Virus record (IMG/VR): IMGVR_UViG_3300020045_009122
Coordinates: 1 to 40,916 of that record
Length of the DNA: 40,916 bases
Strand: one strand, 5' to 3'
Source of the DNA: a virus
Lineage: Duplodnaviria; Caudoviricetes
Shown here in pieces: positions 19,447-29,382 of the stretch (the first letter of the stretch is position 1; every line of letters starts with the position of its first letter). A program made the translations under genes and the position numbers. The notes beneath the pieces were generated by a model that did not search any database, was not told the DNA's origin, and saw only the letters and a list, made by a program, of their open reading frames with translations.

Positions 19447-22400
19447 AGATTTTTAGGGTTCTTGTTTTTTTGATGCTCTTTGTTCCGGCTGCGCGCGCGG
19501 CGCTCGATCAGACGATTGTCACGCTTACCATGACGAACGCGCCGGTCCCGGGCGATACGCTCACTGTCAACGGAAGCGTGAGGACGTGGACAAACACGGT
19601 CGTCACGGCATCAACTCAAATCCTGACCAACTCGAACATCGGGCTTGCGACTACGAACCTCTGGCGGCACATCACCACTTACAATTTTGGGCCGACAATT
19701 CGCATGACATGGATGGCCACGAATTCCGTGAGGTGGATCTCCAATCCTGGAGTGACGCTGGACGTTGGGGTGACGGGCGCATGGGCAACGCTCACGACGA
19801 ACTTCACGCAGACCACCGAGCAATATCCGATCATTGTTCCAGCGATTTCAGCGTACACTCTGAACACGGTTCGGACGAATCTCCTGAGTTTGTTGCTTAC
19901 CGATTTGGATCGTTACCCGAGCAATTCATTCTCCTCGACAGCGACAGCGATGACGAATTTTTTCAACCTGTCGAACGCGCAGACCGGCGGCAACAAGACG
20001 ATCACGAACTCTTCGTTCTATGGGACCGCGTTCCCTCGGAGGAATGTTTCGTCGTTGGCAAACGGAGCCAACAGCGGAATAAATTTTGGAGTCGAGTCCT
20101 ACATCAAGCTCGTGCCTGGGCCTACAGATCCATTTTCAATCGACGGGATAATTCACAACGGGCGCAACGGTCGGTTCATCATCATCGAGAATGCAACCGG
20201 GGAGGATCTGCTGATCGCAAACGAATCAATATCCGAGGCCACGCCGGACAACCGGATTCTGACAGGGACAGGCTCCGCCGTCACGACCATTGGAAATGCT
20301 GTTTTCGGTTTGATTTACGACACCGACGCGCTTCGGTGGAAGCTGGTCTTTGTCTCGGATTCAATCGCTGGCACGAGTGGGTTGCCTGAGATCGAGACGA
20401 TAGCGGCATTGAAAGCGCGCAATGTCCTCAATCCTATTACCACCGTTTACGTCCGCGGGTATTCGAGCCTCAACGACGGTGGCCAAGGAATTTTCGTCTA
20501 TGACGCAACGTCAGTCGATTCGGATGATGGTGGGATTGTATTCACTCCTACCACGGGCGGCGGAAAATGGAAAAGGGCTGTCGATGGGCGAACCTATTTC
20601 GCGTCGTGGTGGGGTCCGACGCGAACGAATTCCACTCTTCAATCAGCAATCAATTATGTGTCAACCTCGGGCGGAGGGACGGTTGTTGTTGGAGGTGGAA
20701 ATTGGATCGTCAAATCTGATGACACCAACCGGGTGACGATGAGGAGCAACGTCACGCTGACCACGGATGCGGACGGACAGATCGTTTGCGCGGCGAGTCC
20801 TACGAACAGTTGGGTTTTGATCGACGTTGCTCTGGATTCAGTCAATTGGACAATCGGACCGGCGCGGCTTGTCGGATGGGACCTTGCTGCGCCTGGTGGC
20901 GACACGAACAAAACCGGAGTGATCATCGCTGCGCAGGATACCGTGAACGGAACTGTCGGTGGCGTTCGCGCGAGCAACTGGTATTCACAATATGCGGACA
21001 TTGGGAGCGGAAACCAAAATCTCCAGATGTTCGATCAGGACTGGCAGCCTGGCGCGATGGCGCACGGTGCTAAGGGCGACGGCGTCACCGATGATCGGCG
21101 GAGTCTTCAATCGTTCGCGTCTTTCTGCGAGCGTTACAACGTCGAGTTCTACATGCGGCCAACTACGAACGGCTATCTTATCGGCGGCACCGGGGAAGCG
21201 GTCGCAGGCGGTGTGTATTTCACCAATGGCGTTCCGGTCAAGTTGCGCGGCGATGGCACTATCATCAAGAGCATCTACTACAATCCCGACGAAGGAGTTG
21301 TGCCGCGATACTCCACCGCATTCAACATCACAGCGAACAATTGCTCCGTGGAGGGCTTTGACTTCAGAACTGTCGGAGCATACCCAACAACAGAAACGAA
21401 CGCATCCGTTACAGGCTTTTTCATTCCGTTGATTGTCCACATGGGCACGAACACGTTGATTCAAAACAACACGTTTACGGTTGAGAGCGGTAAGGGGATT
21501 TTCCTTTCAGGGGCATCCTATACGAAGGTTCTGAACAACACGTTCAACGATTGCGGAATATCTACAGGCAATGGCCATCAGCCGGACTGGCTGTGGTACG
21601 AAGCTGCGGTGCCGATAAAGGGCGGCCCGTCGCGCTCTCCTATCGGATGCGTGTTTGAAGGGAACATTTTCAATCGTGGCTCACCGTACAAACACACGTT
21701 ATTCCTATCGGCTGCGGATGACTTTACGGTTACTAAAAATCATCTCGTGAACATGAACGGCCCGCTCACGCTTGCCGTCTATTCCGGTGACGAAGGCACT
21801 ACGGATCAGTTTGGAACAAACGTTTACATCGTGCGCGGCACCATAGCCAACAACTTCATCAGCGGCACAAACATTGGATCGGCCAACGCGGCCATCTATG
21901 TCGCTCTCACTACTCCGACTAATTACGTCCCTATAACTTTTACCCCGAGCAACATGGTTTCGGGAATCACCGTTCGTGACAACTACATTGCTGGCGTCGG
22001 CAACGGCATTGAAATCTTAACCGCGCCAGGGACCAAAGTAATCGGTAATGATGTTCGTGTTTCCGGGTCTCCGCTTTGGTATGTGGGCGATGTTAAGAAT
22101 ACCATCGTGGAATACAATCACCTCGAATCCACGAATACCGGCGTGGGCAATATCACGATCACGTGGTCAGTCGGGTATTTGCAACCACAGGAAGCTGACG
22201 GGCTCGTTTTCCGCCACAATCGCGTTGTGACTCCTCCGGGTGACGAATACGCCATCAGGACAATCCCGCCGAACCTTGTGTCGAATTTTAAGATGACGGA
22301 CAATGAGTTCTATTTCTCGGGGGCTGCCGGGACTGGAGACGCTCCGGCTGTGTTTCAGTTTTACGGAAGCACGAACAGGATTGATATTTCACATAACCGT

Positions 22401-23807
22401 TTCTACATCACCAACACCTTAAGCTTGCGCCGCCTGGGTCGCGTCCTTATCAGCGAGCCAAACACAGATGTTCATTTCAATGACAACATAAGCATCCCCA
22501 TGAGCCCGTCTGTGGTTCTGCAAGGACCGATCCTGAGCGGGCGCACCGTGGTAGCTACTGGAAACGACGTGGGAAGCATGACGTTCGACAGCATCGACGA
22601 TTTGATTGTGAGTAGAAATATCCTCACCTCGAATACGAATTCCCCAATCCCGCTGGAGATCACGGCCACGCGCCGCGCTTCTATCGTCGGCAATTACATA
22701 TGGAACAACTCGACGGTGGCGGCGCTCGGGGCGACTATCGCAGCGACCAACAGCACGTTTTCAGGCAATATCGTGCGTGTCAATTCGAGCAGCGACATCA
22801 TTCGTTCTACGCTTGGCAAAATGTACGTTCACAACAACGTCATCACCAATGTCGGCGTCGGGCTTACATATCCAAACGGAACCGGAACGGGAACAATTTC
22901 TGATGATATTTACGAACGTCCACTCATCGTGGATATCTCTGGAGTGAATGATTACCTATTCAGCTTTCATCGGAACGGCAGCCCAGCCAAGTACAGGATG
23001 GTGCTCGATAATTATTTCACAGGTTCAACCCGCGACGCTCAGTTCTACATTGATCCTGATTCTGCGACTGAAGCCGCCGGTTTGGCATTCTTCGCGCGGA
23101 AGGCGGATGGCAATCGGCAGTTCGTATTCGGCGCGCACGGGTTTACGACGCCGGTGTTCTATGTCGGCACCGAAAGCAATGCGACCGATATAGTTTTGCG
23201 TTCGTCTGTTGGGCTCGGGACAAACATCCTGGTTTATCTCAACGAGAACCGAGCCATGAGAGCTGTGACTATCGGCTCTGGAATCACATTCACCAACGGC
23301 ATACTTTCGGGAGGCGGAGCGGCATCCATCCAACTGCCAGTCAACATCGCTAAACTGCCATCGGCAAATCCGGCTGAACTGGACGCGACTAACACGATTC
23401 ACCGGCTGTTGTTCGATGATACTACGGCTCAGACCGTGACGTGGACGTTTATCTTGCCTCAGAACTATGGGAATACTCCAAAGATTAGACTAAAAACAGA
23501 CTGCAATCAGGTTCAGACCGGCAACAAAGTCACTTCACTTAATGCGTACATTTCTGCAATAGGAAACGGAGAGAGCACCGTATCTCCGCCTTTTGCTGCC
23601 GCGAACCTAAACAATGTTACTTGGGGATTGGACCAAGCGCCGTTTGTAAACGTCCCTGTAGTAATCTCCTTGTTTTTTGAAGATAACATGGTCGCTGGGG
23701 ATCTCGTCGTGCTGAAGCTAGAGCGAGATGCGGCATCCGGCACAGACACCGCCGTGGGCGATACAGCCATCGTCGGAAGCGTGGAATTTGAATACCAAAA
23801 GCAATGA
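19443..23807 (+). CDS. Tail spike/fibre-like protein with parallel beta-helix (pectate lyase-like) domains and signal peptide
   Basis: MKIFRVLVFLMLFVPAARA; TIAALKA..VYVRGY...DGGQG.F.YD..DDGG domain; GAKGDGVTDD..SLQ beta-helix cap; many xxNxI/F repeats. Confidence 0.8.
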   Translation: MKIFRVLVFLMLFVPAARAALDQTIVTLTMTNAPVPGDTLTVNGSVRTWTNTVVTASTQILTNSNIGLATTNLWRHITTYNFGPTIRMTWMATNSVRWISNPGVTLDVGVTGAWATLTTNFTQTTEQYPIIVPAISAYTLNTVRTNLLSLLLTDLDRYPSNSFSSTATAMTNFFNLSNAQTGGNKTITNSSFYGTAFPRRNVSSLANGANSGINFGVESYIKLVPGPTDPFSIDGIIHNGRNGRFIIIENATGEDLLIANESISEATPDNRILTGTGSAVTTIGNAVFGLIYDTDALRWKLVFVSDSIAGTSGLPEIETIAALKARNVLNPITTVYVRGYSSLNDGGQGIFVYDATSVDSDDGGIVFTPTTGGGKWKRAVDGRTYFASWWGPTRTNSTLQSAINYVSTSGGGTVVVGGGNWIVKSDDTNRVTMRSNVTLTTDADGQIVCAASPTNSWVLIDVALDSVNWTIGPARLVGWDLAAPGGDTNKTGVIIAAQDTVNGTVGGVRASNWYSQYADIGSGNQNLQMFDQDWQPGAMAHGAKGDGVTDDRRSLQSFASFCERYNVEFYMRPTTNGYLIGGTGEAVAGGVYFTNGVPVKLRGDGTIIKSIYYNPDEGVVPRYSTAFNITANNCSVEGFDFRTVGAYPTTETNASVTGFFIPLIVHMGTNTLIQNNTFTVESGKGIFLSGASYTKVLNNTFNDCGISTGNGHQPDWLWYEAAVPIKGGPSRSPIGCVFEGNIFNRGSPYKHTLFLSAADDFTVTKNHLVNMNGPLTLAVYSGDEGTTDQFGTNVYIVRGTIANNFISGTNIGSANAAIYVALTTPTNYVPITFTPSNMVSGITVRDNYIAGVGNGIEILTAPGTKVIGNDVRVSGSPLWYVGDVKNTIVEYNHLESTNTGVGNITITWSVGYLQPQEADGLVFRHNRVVTPPGDEYAIRTIPPNLVSNFKMTDNEFYFSGAAGTGDAPAVFQFYGSTNRIDISHNRFYITNTLSLRRLGRVLISEPNTDVHFNDNISIPMSPSVVLQGPILSGRTVVATGNDVGSMTFDSIDDLIVSRNILTSNTNSPIPLEITATRRASIVGNYIWNNSTVAALGATIAATNSTFSGNIVRVNSSSDIIRSTLGKMYVHNNVITNVGVGLTYPNGTGTGTISDDIYERPLIVDISGVNDYLFSFHRNGSPAKYRMVLDNYFTGSTRDAQFYIDPDSATEAAGLAFFARKADGNRQFVFGAHGFTTPVFYVGTESNATDIVLRSSVGLGTNILVYLNENRAMRAVTIGSGITFTNGILSGGGAASIQLPVNIAKLPSANPAELDATNTIHRLLFDDTTAQTVTWTFILPQNYGNTPKIRLKTDCNQVQTGNKVTSLNAYISAIGNGESTVSPPFAAANLNNVTWGLDQAPFVNVPVVISLFFEDNMVAGDLVVLKLERDAASGTDTAVGDTAIVGSVEFEYQKQ

Positions 23808-24547
23808 GACTCATAATTCTGCTTCTCTCGGCTCTCTCGGCTCAGGCGGCTTACGTCAACTGGGATGTTCATAATTACTCGTGGGACGGGAAGTCCAAGG
23901 ACGTAACCTGCATCGAGTATAACCGAACCTACGAACGGTTTACTGCTTCTGCGCCTCCGTATCCTCAACATAGCCAATTCGTGAAATACTCAGCGTCGCC
24001 GCTCTGCCAGTTCAACGGCCTGCTGGTCGAGGATCGGGTTTTGTGGACTAGCGTCGCAATGGCTGACTCGAACGTCTACAGCTACCAGAACGGAGTCTGC
24101 ATCCAAACCAACGCGCACACCGGACCGTTGCCTGAGTACCAGCCAAAGCGCATCCGCGAGATGGCTTATTACACGGACCTAAACATGGATGGCAGCTCCG
24201 GCGGGAAGTTCTCGCGCTACACGTTCGGTAGGCAACGCTTCTGGATCAACGCGGTAACTAACGGGAATTACTACGTCAAAGTCACTTTCACAGGAGGCTA
24301 CTGGGACGACTGGTTTCCGGGCCACTCCTATCCGGGGGACATCGACGATATAAATACGCCAGCCGTGAAACAGTTCAATTACGTGGCTGACGGCGTGCGG
24401 ATAAACAACATCACTCCAAACTATGCCGGCGTGGTTTACTTCTACTGGAACCCATACGGCGGGGTGACAATTGACCTAACTCCGACGGTAGCCAATGCGA
24501 CTCGCGGAAGGCACTGGAAATACCACCTGATAATGGAAATCCCTTGA
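23804..24547 (+). CDS. Hypothetical secreted-type protein
   Basis: MRLIILLLSALSAQA signal peptide; aromatic-rich. Confidence 0.6.
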   Translation: MRLIILLLSALSAQAAYVNWDVHNYSWDGKSKDVTCIEYNRTYERFTASAPPYPQHSQFVKYSASPLCQFNGLLVEDRVLWTSVAMADSNVYSYQNGVCIQTNAHTGPLPEYQPKRIREMAYYTDLNMDGSSGGKFSRYTFGRQRFWINAVTNGNYYVKVTFTGGYWDDWFPGHSYPGDIDDINTPAVKQFNYVADGVRINNITPNYAGVVYFYWNPYGGVTIDLTPTVANATRGRHWKYHLIMEIP

Positions 24548-27500
24548 GAACTCTTTTACTCCTTCTTCTCTCGGTGCTGTCAGTCTCCGGGCAGCAGAGC
24601 AGGTCGCAGGGAAGGGCTCCAGGTCTGGAACCAATCGTAAGCCAGCTCATCACGGTTGACGTTGGTGAGTCGCAGACAATTCCAGGGCCTTCCGCAATAG
24701 CAGTCCTGGAGGCCATTGTCGGCATCACTGGCGGCAGCACAAACGGAGTTGTGACAAGCTGGACTTACACCGAGGGGCCGCTCTCCGCTGAATTCGCCCA
24801 ACAGAACGGCATCACCAACCTTGGAACCTTTACATCCGTCGGTCGATACACGATCACCGTTGTTGCGCAGAAGGGTGTGCTGTTCAACACGAATTCGATT
24901 TATGTGTTCGTGGTCGATCAGGGGATCACGAACTTCAATCCAGCCGTCAGCATGACACGTCCTGCCAACGGTGCTGAATTCACAGCACCGATCAATCTGA
25001 CTCTGGCTGCTGACGCGCAGGACAAAGACGGTAGCGTAACAAATGTGGTTTTCTACAACGGAGCTACTCCGCTCTGGACGAGCACAGTCGCGCCTTACAC
25101 ATTCACGCTGACGAACGCAGCGGCGACCAATTACGTCTTTGCGGCCGCTGCGACGGATAACCGGGGCGCAACAAATCTCTCAGCTTCAGTCTCGGCAATC
25201 GTGCGCGAATCGACCACGCCCATTCTCGTTCCGCCATTGGTCAGCATCACGACACCGACCAATGACGCATCATTCACCGCTCCGGTGACGTTCGACCTCA
25301 CGGCCGCAGCCAGCGATTCAGACGGCACCATCACGAGCGTCGCGTTCACCGACAACGATGTCACACTTAGCGTCGATACAACTTTCCCTTACTCGGTCAG
25401 TCTCTCGCCTACGGTCGGGATTCACACCATCCGCGCTACCGCTCTGGACGATGACGGATTGACTTCCGTCGCAACCGCGTTCTTTACCGTGCTCAATCCG
25501 CCAAACATCCTGCCAGTCGCAACGCTCACGGTGCCTACAAACGGCGCGGTGTACACGGCTGCCGCTGACATTCCACTCGAAGCAATAGCAACAGACGAGG
25601 ACGGGACAATCTCGTTCGTGCGTTGGTTCGTGAACGGAGCACAGATCGCAACTGACAGCACCGCTCCATACACGAATGTTGTCTTGTCTCTTGGAGTTGG
25701 TTCCTACGTGTTTGTCGCTCAGGCAATAGACAACCGTTCAGCAGTTGGAACGAGCACGACTAATACGATCACGGTCAACCCGCCAGCAGGCACACCTCCG
25801 GTGGTATCGCTTACGTCTCCGACCAACGGGCAGGCGTTCGTCGCCGGGGCCACTGTGACCCTGACCGCGACGGCGACCGATGCGGGGACGATCACCAACG
25901 TCGCGTTCTGGTCGTCTGTCACAGATCCGCCAACTCCCGGCGAAGAAACTATTGTCAATGATGATGCCGAGGGGCTCGCCTACACCGGCTCATGGACCGA
26001 TAACAACGGTGCTCTCAACCGCAACAACGGTGACGAGCACTACACGCAAACCACCGGCGCGAGTGTGTCGCTCACGTTCACGGGCACTCAGGTGTCGTGG
26101 TTCGGAACTAAGTTCAGCAATCGCGGCAATGCAGATGTCTTTATCGATGATGTGCTCCAAACCACCGTGGACGAATACAATTCCACGGTTCTCTATCAGC
26201 AGGAGCTGTTCACTATCGGCGGGCTGACAAACGGATCACACACGATCAAAGTCGTTTGCAAGGGAACGAAGAACGGCTCATCGACCGGATACTACGTGGA
26301 TCTGGATTTCTTTCAGTATTCAACCGAGGTTGCTGCCGGGCCGGTGGAAACCCTGGTGGCCAGCGATACCACTTCGCCATATACCCAATCCTGGATACCG
26401 GCGGCCAACTCCTATTTGATTGTGGCGCGCGCTTACAACAACGTCGGGCTGGTTTCTACCAGCACACCGCCGGTGTTGATCACGGTCAATCCGCCGATCC
26501 CTCCCATCGTGACGTTGACTCTGCCGACCAACGGAGCGGCATTCGTTCAAGGAGATAACATCGCGCTTGCGGCGATTGCCAGCGATCAGGACGGCACGGT
26601 TACGAATGTTGTTTTTATGCAATTCCAGCCGGACGCGTTCATTACCTCGGATCCAAGTTCCCCCTACTCTGGAACGTGGACGAATGCTCCGGCTGGTTCT
26701 TACGCGCTCGTTGCCAAAGCGTTCGATTCGAGCGGGCTCACCACTATCTCGCCTGCGATCAACATCACGATTGCACCAACGCCTCCGCAGAGTGTGTTCG
26801 TAGACGCGGGGCCATTCCGCACCGCAACGATGAGTGCGTACAAAAATTATTTCGACTCCGAGTATACCGACAACGCAGCGACGTTTAACGCCATTGTCAA
26901 CGCGGGCACGGGGCCGAACATGTATAACGCGCAGTTCTTCATCGACGGCACCATCAGCATGTACGAAGGAACCAAGGACACCAATTACATCAACCGCGCC
27001 CTGGTCTGGTCCGAGACATGCGTGCTACGGGCAAACATCACTGACAGCAACGGTAAGAAGAATTGGGGAGGCGTCTGGGCTTCGCCGTATACAGCGACTC
27101 CGATTGCTTACCAGCTTGAAGAAATCCAGGGCGCCAGCGCCATGAGCAGGGTAGCGAGAATCGTAATGACTGACCCGGACCTCCGCGCGGTCTATGGCAC
27201 CAGAGCAACCGCCGTCTATAACTTCTGCCGTGACCATATCCTCGCTAAGCACCTCGTCACGCGGGCCGGGTATTCCGCTTACGCCAACTGGAGCCAAGTG
27301 ACGACGAGCAACACCTCGGACAAACCGAGCATCCTCCTGCGCCTTGTCCTGGACTGCAAAGCCATCAGCGCCGTGCTTGGAAGCTCCGATGCGTCTACCT
27401 ACGGCTGGGCTACCAAGGCGACCGAACTCGCCGAGGGTATCAAGGATTACAACGGCAAGGAAGCGCGATTCCTTCCGTGGCAAGGCGGACTGATCTGGGG

Positions 27501-28158
27501 GCACGGCAAGGTGTGGCAGTCCTGGACAGATATTGACACGTCGCACGCGAACCGGCTGCCGTTCGTGGTGATCCAAGGCTTCGAGATGGGCCAGACGTTC
27601 ACTATGACGCACGTCACGGGGTTGGCCAATCTGCTCACGCTCACGCTCTGGGATCTTTCGACCACATCGCCGCAGTTCAGGAATTTCCTCAGCGGCTATA
27701 ACGGGCCGTTCCTGAACCGGCCAGCGTGGAACAACGGAAAGATCGCGGATGGCTGGAGCTTGCTCGCCGGGTATGATGCGAGCGCCGCGAGCGCTGTCAA
27801 AGCAACGGTGCGGGCAATTTACAACGGTGTGAGCAATCCGAGTCTGTCGTACAACGACTCGCATCTTGCGCGACACGCGCTCATTGGCCATCTGGTTCGT
27901 TCTGTGTCGCTGCGCGAGTCGCCGCCTTACGCTACGCTTACCGGCATCGCCACGGGCAGTGGCATAACGGGTATGCTTTGGACACACGTAAGCGGGCCAA
28001 GCGGTTGGACTATCGCCAAGCCGACGAGCGCCGCGACAACGATTCTGTTCACCAGCGCTGCTGTCGGTGCGCACACATTTCGGCTTACCGTGTCGTCTGG
28101 CAGTCCTGATGTGTCCGACGACGTTGGAGTTACTGTTGTTGCCGCTCCCGCGATGTAG
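24544..28158 (+). CDS. Multi-Ig-domain adhesin-like protein with CBM-like jelly roll and helical domain, signal peptide
   Basis: About five P.V..T.PxN(G/D)A.F..A.A.D.DG....V.F bacterial Ig repeats; YTGSW..SLTFTGT..GSHTIKV jelly roll inserted in one repeat; PKD-like halves flank an aromatic helical domain; TTG start. Confidence 0.8.
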   Translation: MRTLLLLLLSVLSVSGQQSRSQGRAPGLEPIVSQLITVDVGESQTIPGPSAIAVLEAIVGITGGSTNGVVTSWTYTEGPLSAEFAQQNGITNLGTFTSVGRYTITVVAQKGVLFNTNSIYVFVVDQGITNFNPAVSMTRPANGAEFTAPINLTLAADAQDKDGSVTNVVFYNGATPLWTSTVAPYTFTLTNAAATNYVFAAAATDNRGATNLSASVSAIVRESTTPILVPPLVSITTPTNDASFTAPVTFDLTAAASDSDGTITSVAFTDNDVTLSVDTTFPYSVSLSPTVGIHTIRATALDDDGLTSVATAFFTVLNPPNILPVATLTVPTNGAVYTAAADIPLEAIATDEDGTISFVRWFVNGAQIATDSTAPYTNVVLSLGVGSYVFVAQAIDNRSAVGTSTTNTITVNPPAGTPPVVSLTSPTNGQAFVAGATVTLTATATDAGTITNVAFWSSVTDPPTPGEETIVNDDAEGLAYTGSWTDNNGALNRNNGDEHYTQTTGASVSLTFTGTQVSWFGTKFSNRGNADVFIDDVLQTTVDEYNSTVLYQQELFTIGGLTNGSHTIKVVCKGTKNGSSTGYYVDLDFFQYSTEVAAGPVETLVASDTTSPYTQSWIPAANSYLIVARAYNNVGLVSTSTPPVLITVNPPIPPIVTLTLPTNGAAFVQGDNIALAAIASDQDGTVTNVVFMQFQPDAFITSDPSSPYSGTWTNAPAGSYALVAKAFDSSGLTTISPAINITIAPTPPQSVFVDAGPFRTATMSAYKNYFDSEYTDNAATFNAIVNAGTGPNMYNAQFFIDGTISMYEGTKDTNYINRALVWSETCVLRANITDSNGKKNWGGVWASPYTATPIAYQLEEIQGASAMSRVARIVMTDPDLRAVYGTRATAVYNFCRDHILAKHLVTRAGYSAYANWSQVTTSNTSDKPSILLRLVLDCKAISAVLGSSDASTYGWATKATELAEGIKDYNGKEARFLPWQGGLIWGHGKVWQSWTDIDTSHANRLPFVVIQGFEMGQTFTMTHVTGLANLLTLTLWDLSTTSPQFRNFLSGYNGPFLNRPAWNNGKIADGWSLLAGYDASAASAVKATVRAIYNGVSNPSLSYNDSHLARHALIGHLVRSVSLRESPPYATLTGIATGSGITGMLWTHVSGPSGWTIAKPTSAATTILFTSAAVGAHTFRLTVSSGSPDVSDDVGVTVVAAPAM

Positions 28159-28171
28159 GGTAAAATATTTT

Positions 28172-28579
28172 ATGACAGACACCAATCTAGTCGAAATGCT
28201 CCTGCGCACCGTAATCGAGAAACAGACGATTGCATCGAACACGTGGGCGCTCATCATCGCCGCGCTCTTGACGGGATTACCGCCGACTCTCGCCGCGATC
28301 ATGGCATATATAAAGGCTGCGTCTGCAGAACGGAATACAGTAGAAACCAAACACGTCAACGTCGCTCAGGCGCTCGACCTTAAGGAGATCCATACGGCTG
28401 TCAATTCCGGGAAGACGGCTCTCGAAAAGCGGATTGAAGTCCTGGACGGCACTGTGCTGGACCTGTCCAAAAAACTCGCCACCGCACTGGAATTCCAACG
28501 CGGGAAGGATCAGGCAAAAGACATCGCTGCTGCCCGATTGGAAGGCGCTGCGGTAATCGAACCAAACAAAACACAATGA
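28172..28579 (+). CDS. Membrane protein with coiled-coil (holin/lysis-module-like)
   Basis: Hydrophobic WALIIAALLTGLPPTLAAIMAYI, then EIHTAVNS and a coiled-coil; end of the late region. Confidence 0.55.
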   Translation: MTDTNLVEMLLRTVIEKQTIASNTWALIIAALLTGLPPTLAAIMAYIKAASAERNTVETKHVNVAQALDLKEIHTAVNSGKTALEKRIEVLDGTVLDLSKKLATALEFQRGKDQAKDIAAARLEGAAVIEPNKTQ

Positions 28580-28589
28580 AAGGCATTCT

Positions 28590-28766
28590 ATGAAAATTGG
28601 ATTTCTCTTTTGGTTATTGATGGTCCTGTGGCTGCTGTTCGGATTCATTCCGCAGCCGCCGGGCTCGCCAGCGCCCGTTTACATGCGTTACGGCGGCACG
28701 CTGCTCTTGTTCATACTCCTGGCCATTCTTGGATGGGACGCATTTGGCCCTGCCCTGAGCAAGTGA
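28590..28766 (+). CDS. 58-aa two-TM membrane protein (holin-like), not in the ORF track
   Basis: Translated by hand: MKIGFLFWLLMVLWLLFGFIPQPPGSPAPVYMRYGGTLLLFILLAILGWDAFGPALSK. Confidence 0.7.
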   Translation: MKIGFLFWLLMVLWLLFGFIPQPPGSPAPVYMRYGGTLLLFILLAILGWDAFGPALSK

Positions 28767-28820
28767 GCACGTGCGTTGGGGCGAGTCTGGAACTCGAAAA
28801 TAATTTTTCTTAAATTATTC

Positions 28821-28850
28821 CTTGCATTCCCGCAATTGCGGGAATACAAG
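28821..28850. promoter_or_regulatory. 30-bp palindromic operator/promoter
   Basis: CTTGCATTCCCGCAATTGCGGGAATACAAG, one mismatched pair; AT-rich tract upstream; 7 nt before the RHH gene. Confidence 0.7.
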
Positions 28851-28857
28851 TGCGTTC

Positions 28858-29073
28858 GTGAAAACGAATGTTACGGTTAGCCTTGATTCCGACGACTACT
28901 CTCGCGTCCAAGCCCTCAGCAAGAAAACCGGACTCTCGAAAGCGTATCTGGTCAAGAGATGCGTTTTTCAATCGCTTGGAACGATGGAGGATCAGCTTGC
29001 CAACATCTGGCAAATAGAGAGCAAAGGTGAAAAGAATTTAGGGCGCTCCGCTTTGCCTCGCAAACGCGGGTGA
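28858..29073 (+). CDS. Ribbon-helix-helix (CopG/Arc-like) DNA-binding protein
   Basis: TNVTVSL strand then DDYSRVQALSKKTGLSKAYLVKRCV helix-G-S-helix; GTG start inferred. Confidence 0.7.
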   Translation: MKTNVTVSLDSDDYSRVQALSKKTGLSKAYLVKRCVFQSLGTMEDQLANIWQIESKGEKNLGRSALPRKRG

Positions 29074-29131
29074 AGCGCTCTCACCCGGCGCGTTCTTGAA
29101 ACTTTCGCGCCGGGAAAACGAAAGGACCAAA

Positions 29132-29347
29132 ATGGACAAAATTGAAAAAGCGTATCGAGAGGGGTACGCGGAAGGTTACAGCCAAGGCGAGGAGGACATC
29201 AGCCGCTTCGACATCGGCGAAGGCAAGATCAGGCCGAGCACGCGTAAGAAAAATATCGACCGAGCATGGGACAGCTCGAAGGCGAAAAACGCAATCGTCC
29301 AACCACCGCTGCCGCTACCGGAATCAATAAAAGAGGAGGACCCATGA
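29132..29347 (+). CDS. Hypothetical protein
   Basis: AAAGGA RBS before the ATG; AYREGYAEGY motif. Confidence 0.55.
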   Translation: MDKIEKAYREGYAEGYSQGEEDISRFDIGEGKIRPSTRKKNIDRAWDSSKAKNAIVQPPLPLPESIKEEDP

Positions 29348-29382
29348 ACTTGAAGTTGGGTGGAAGCGCAGAAGGAGAAAGT

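Noticed and set aside
27025-28359. 444-aa minus-strand ORF
   Set aside because: Antisense shadow of the Ig-repeat gene; expected from GC-rich codon bias
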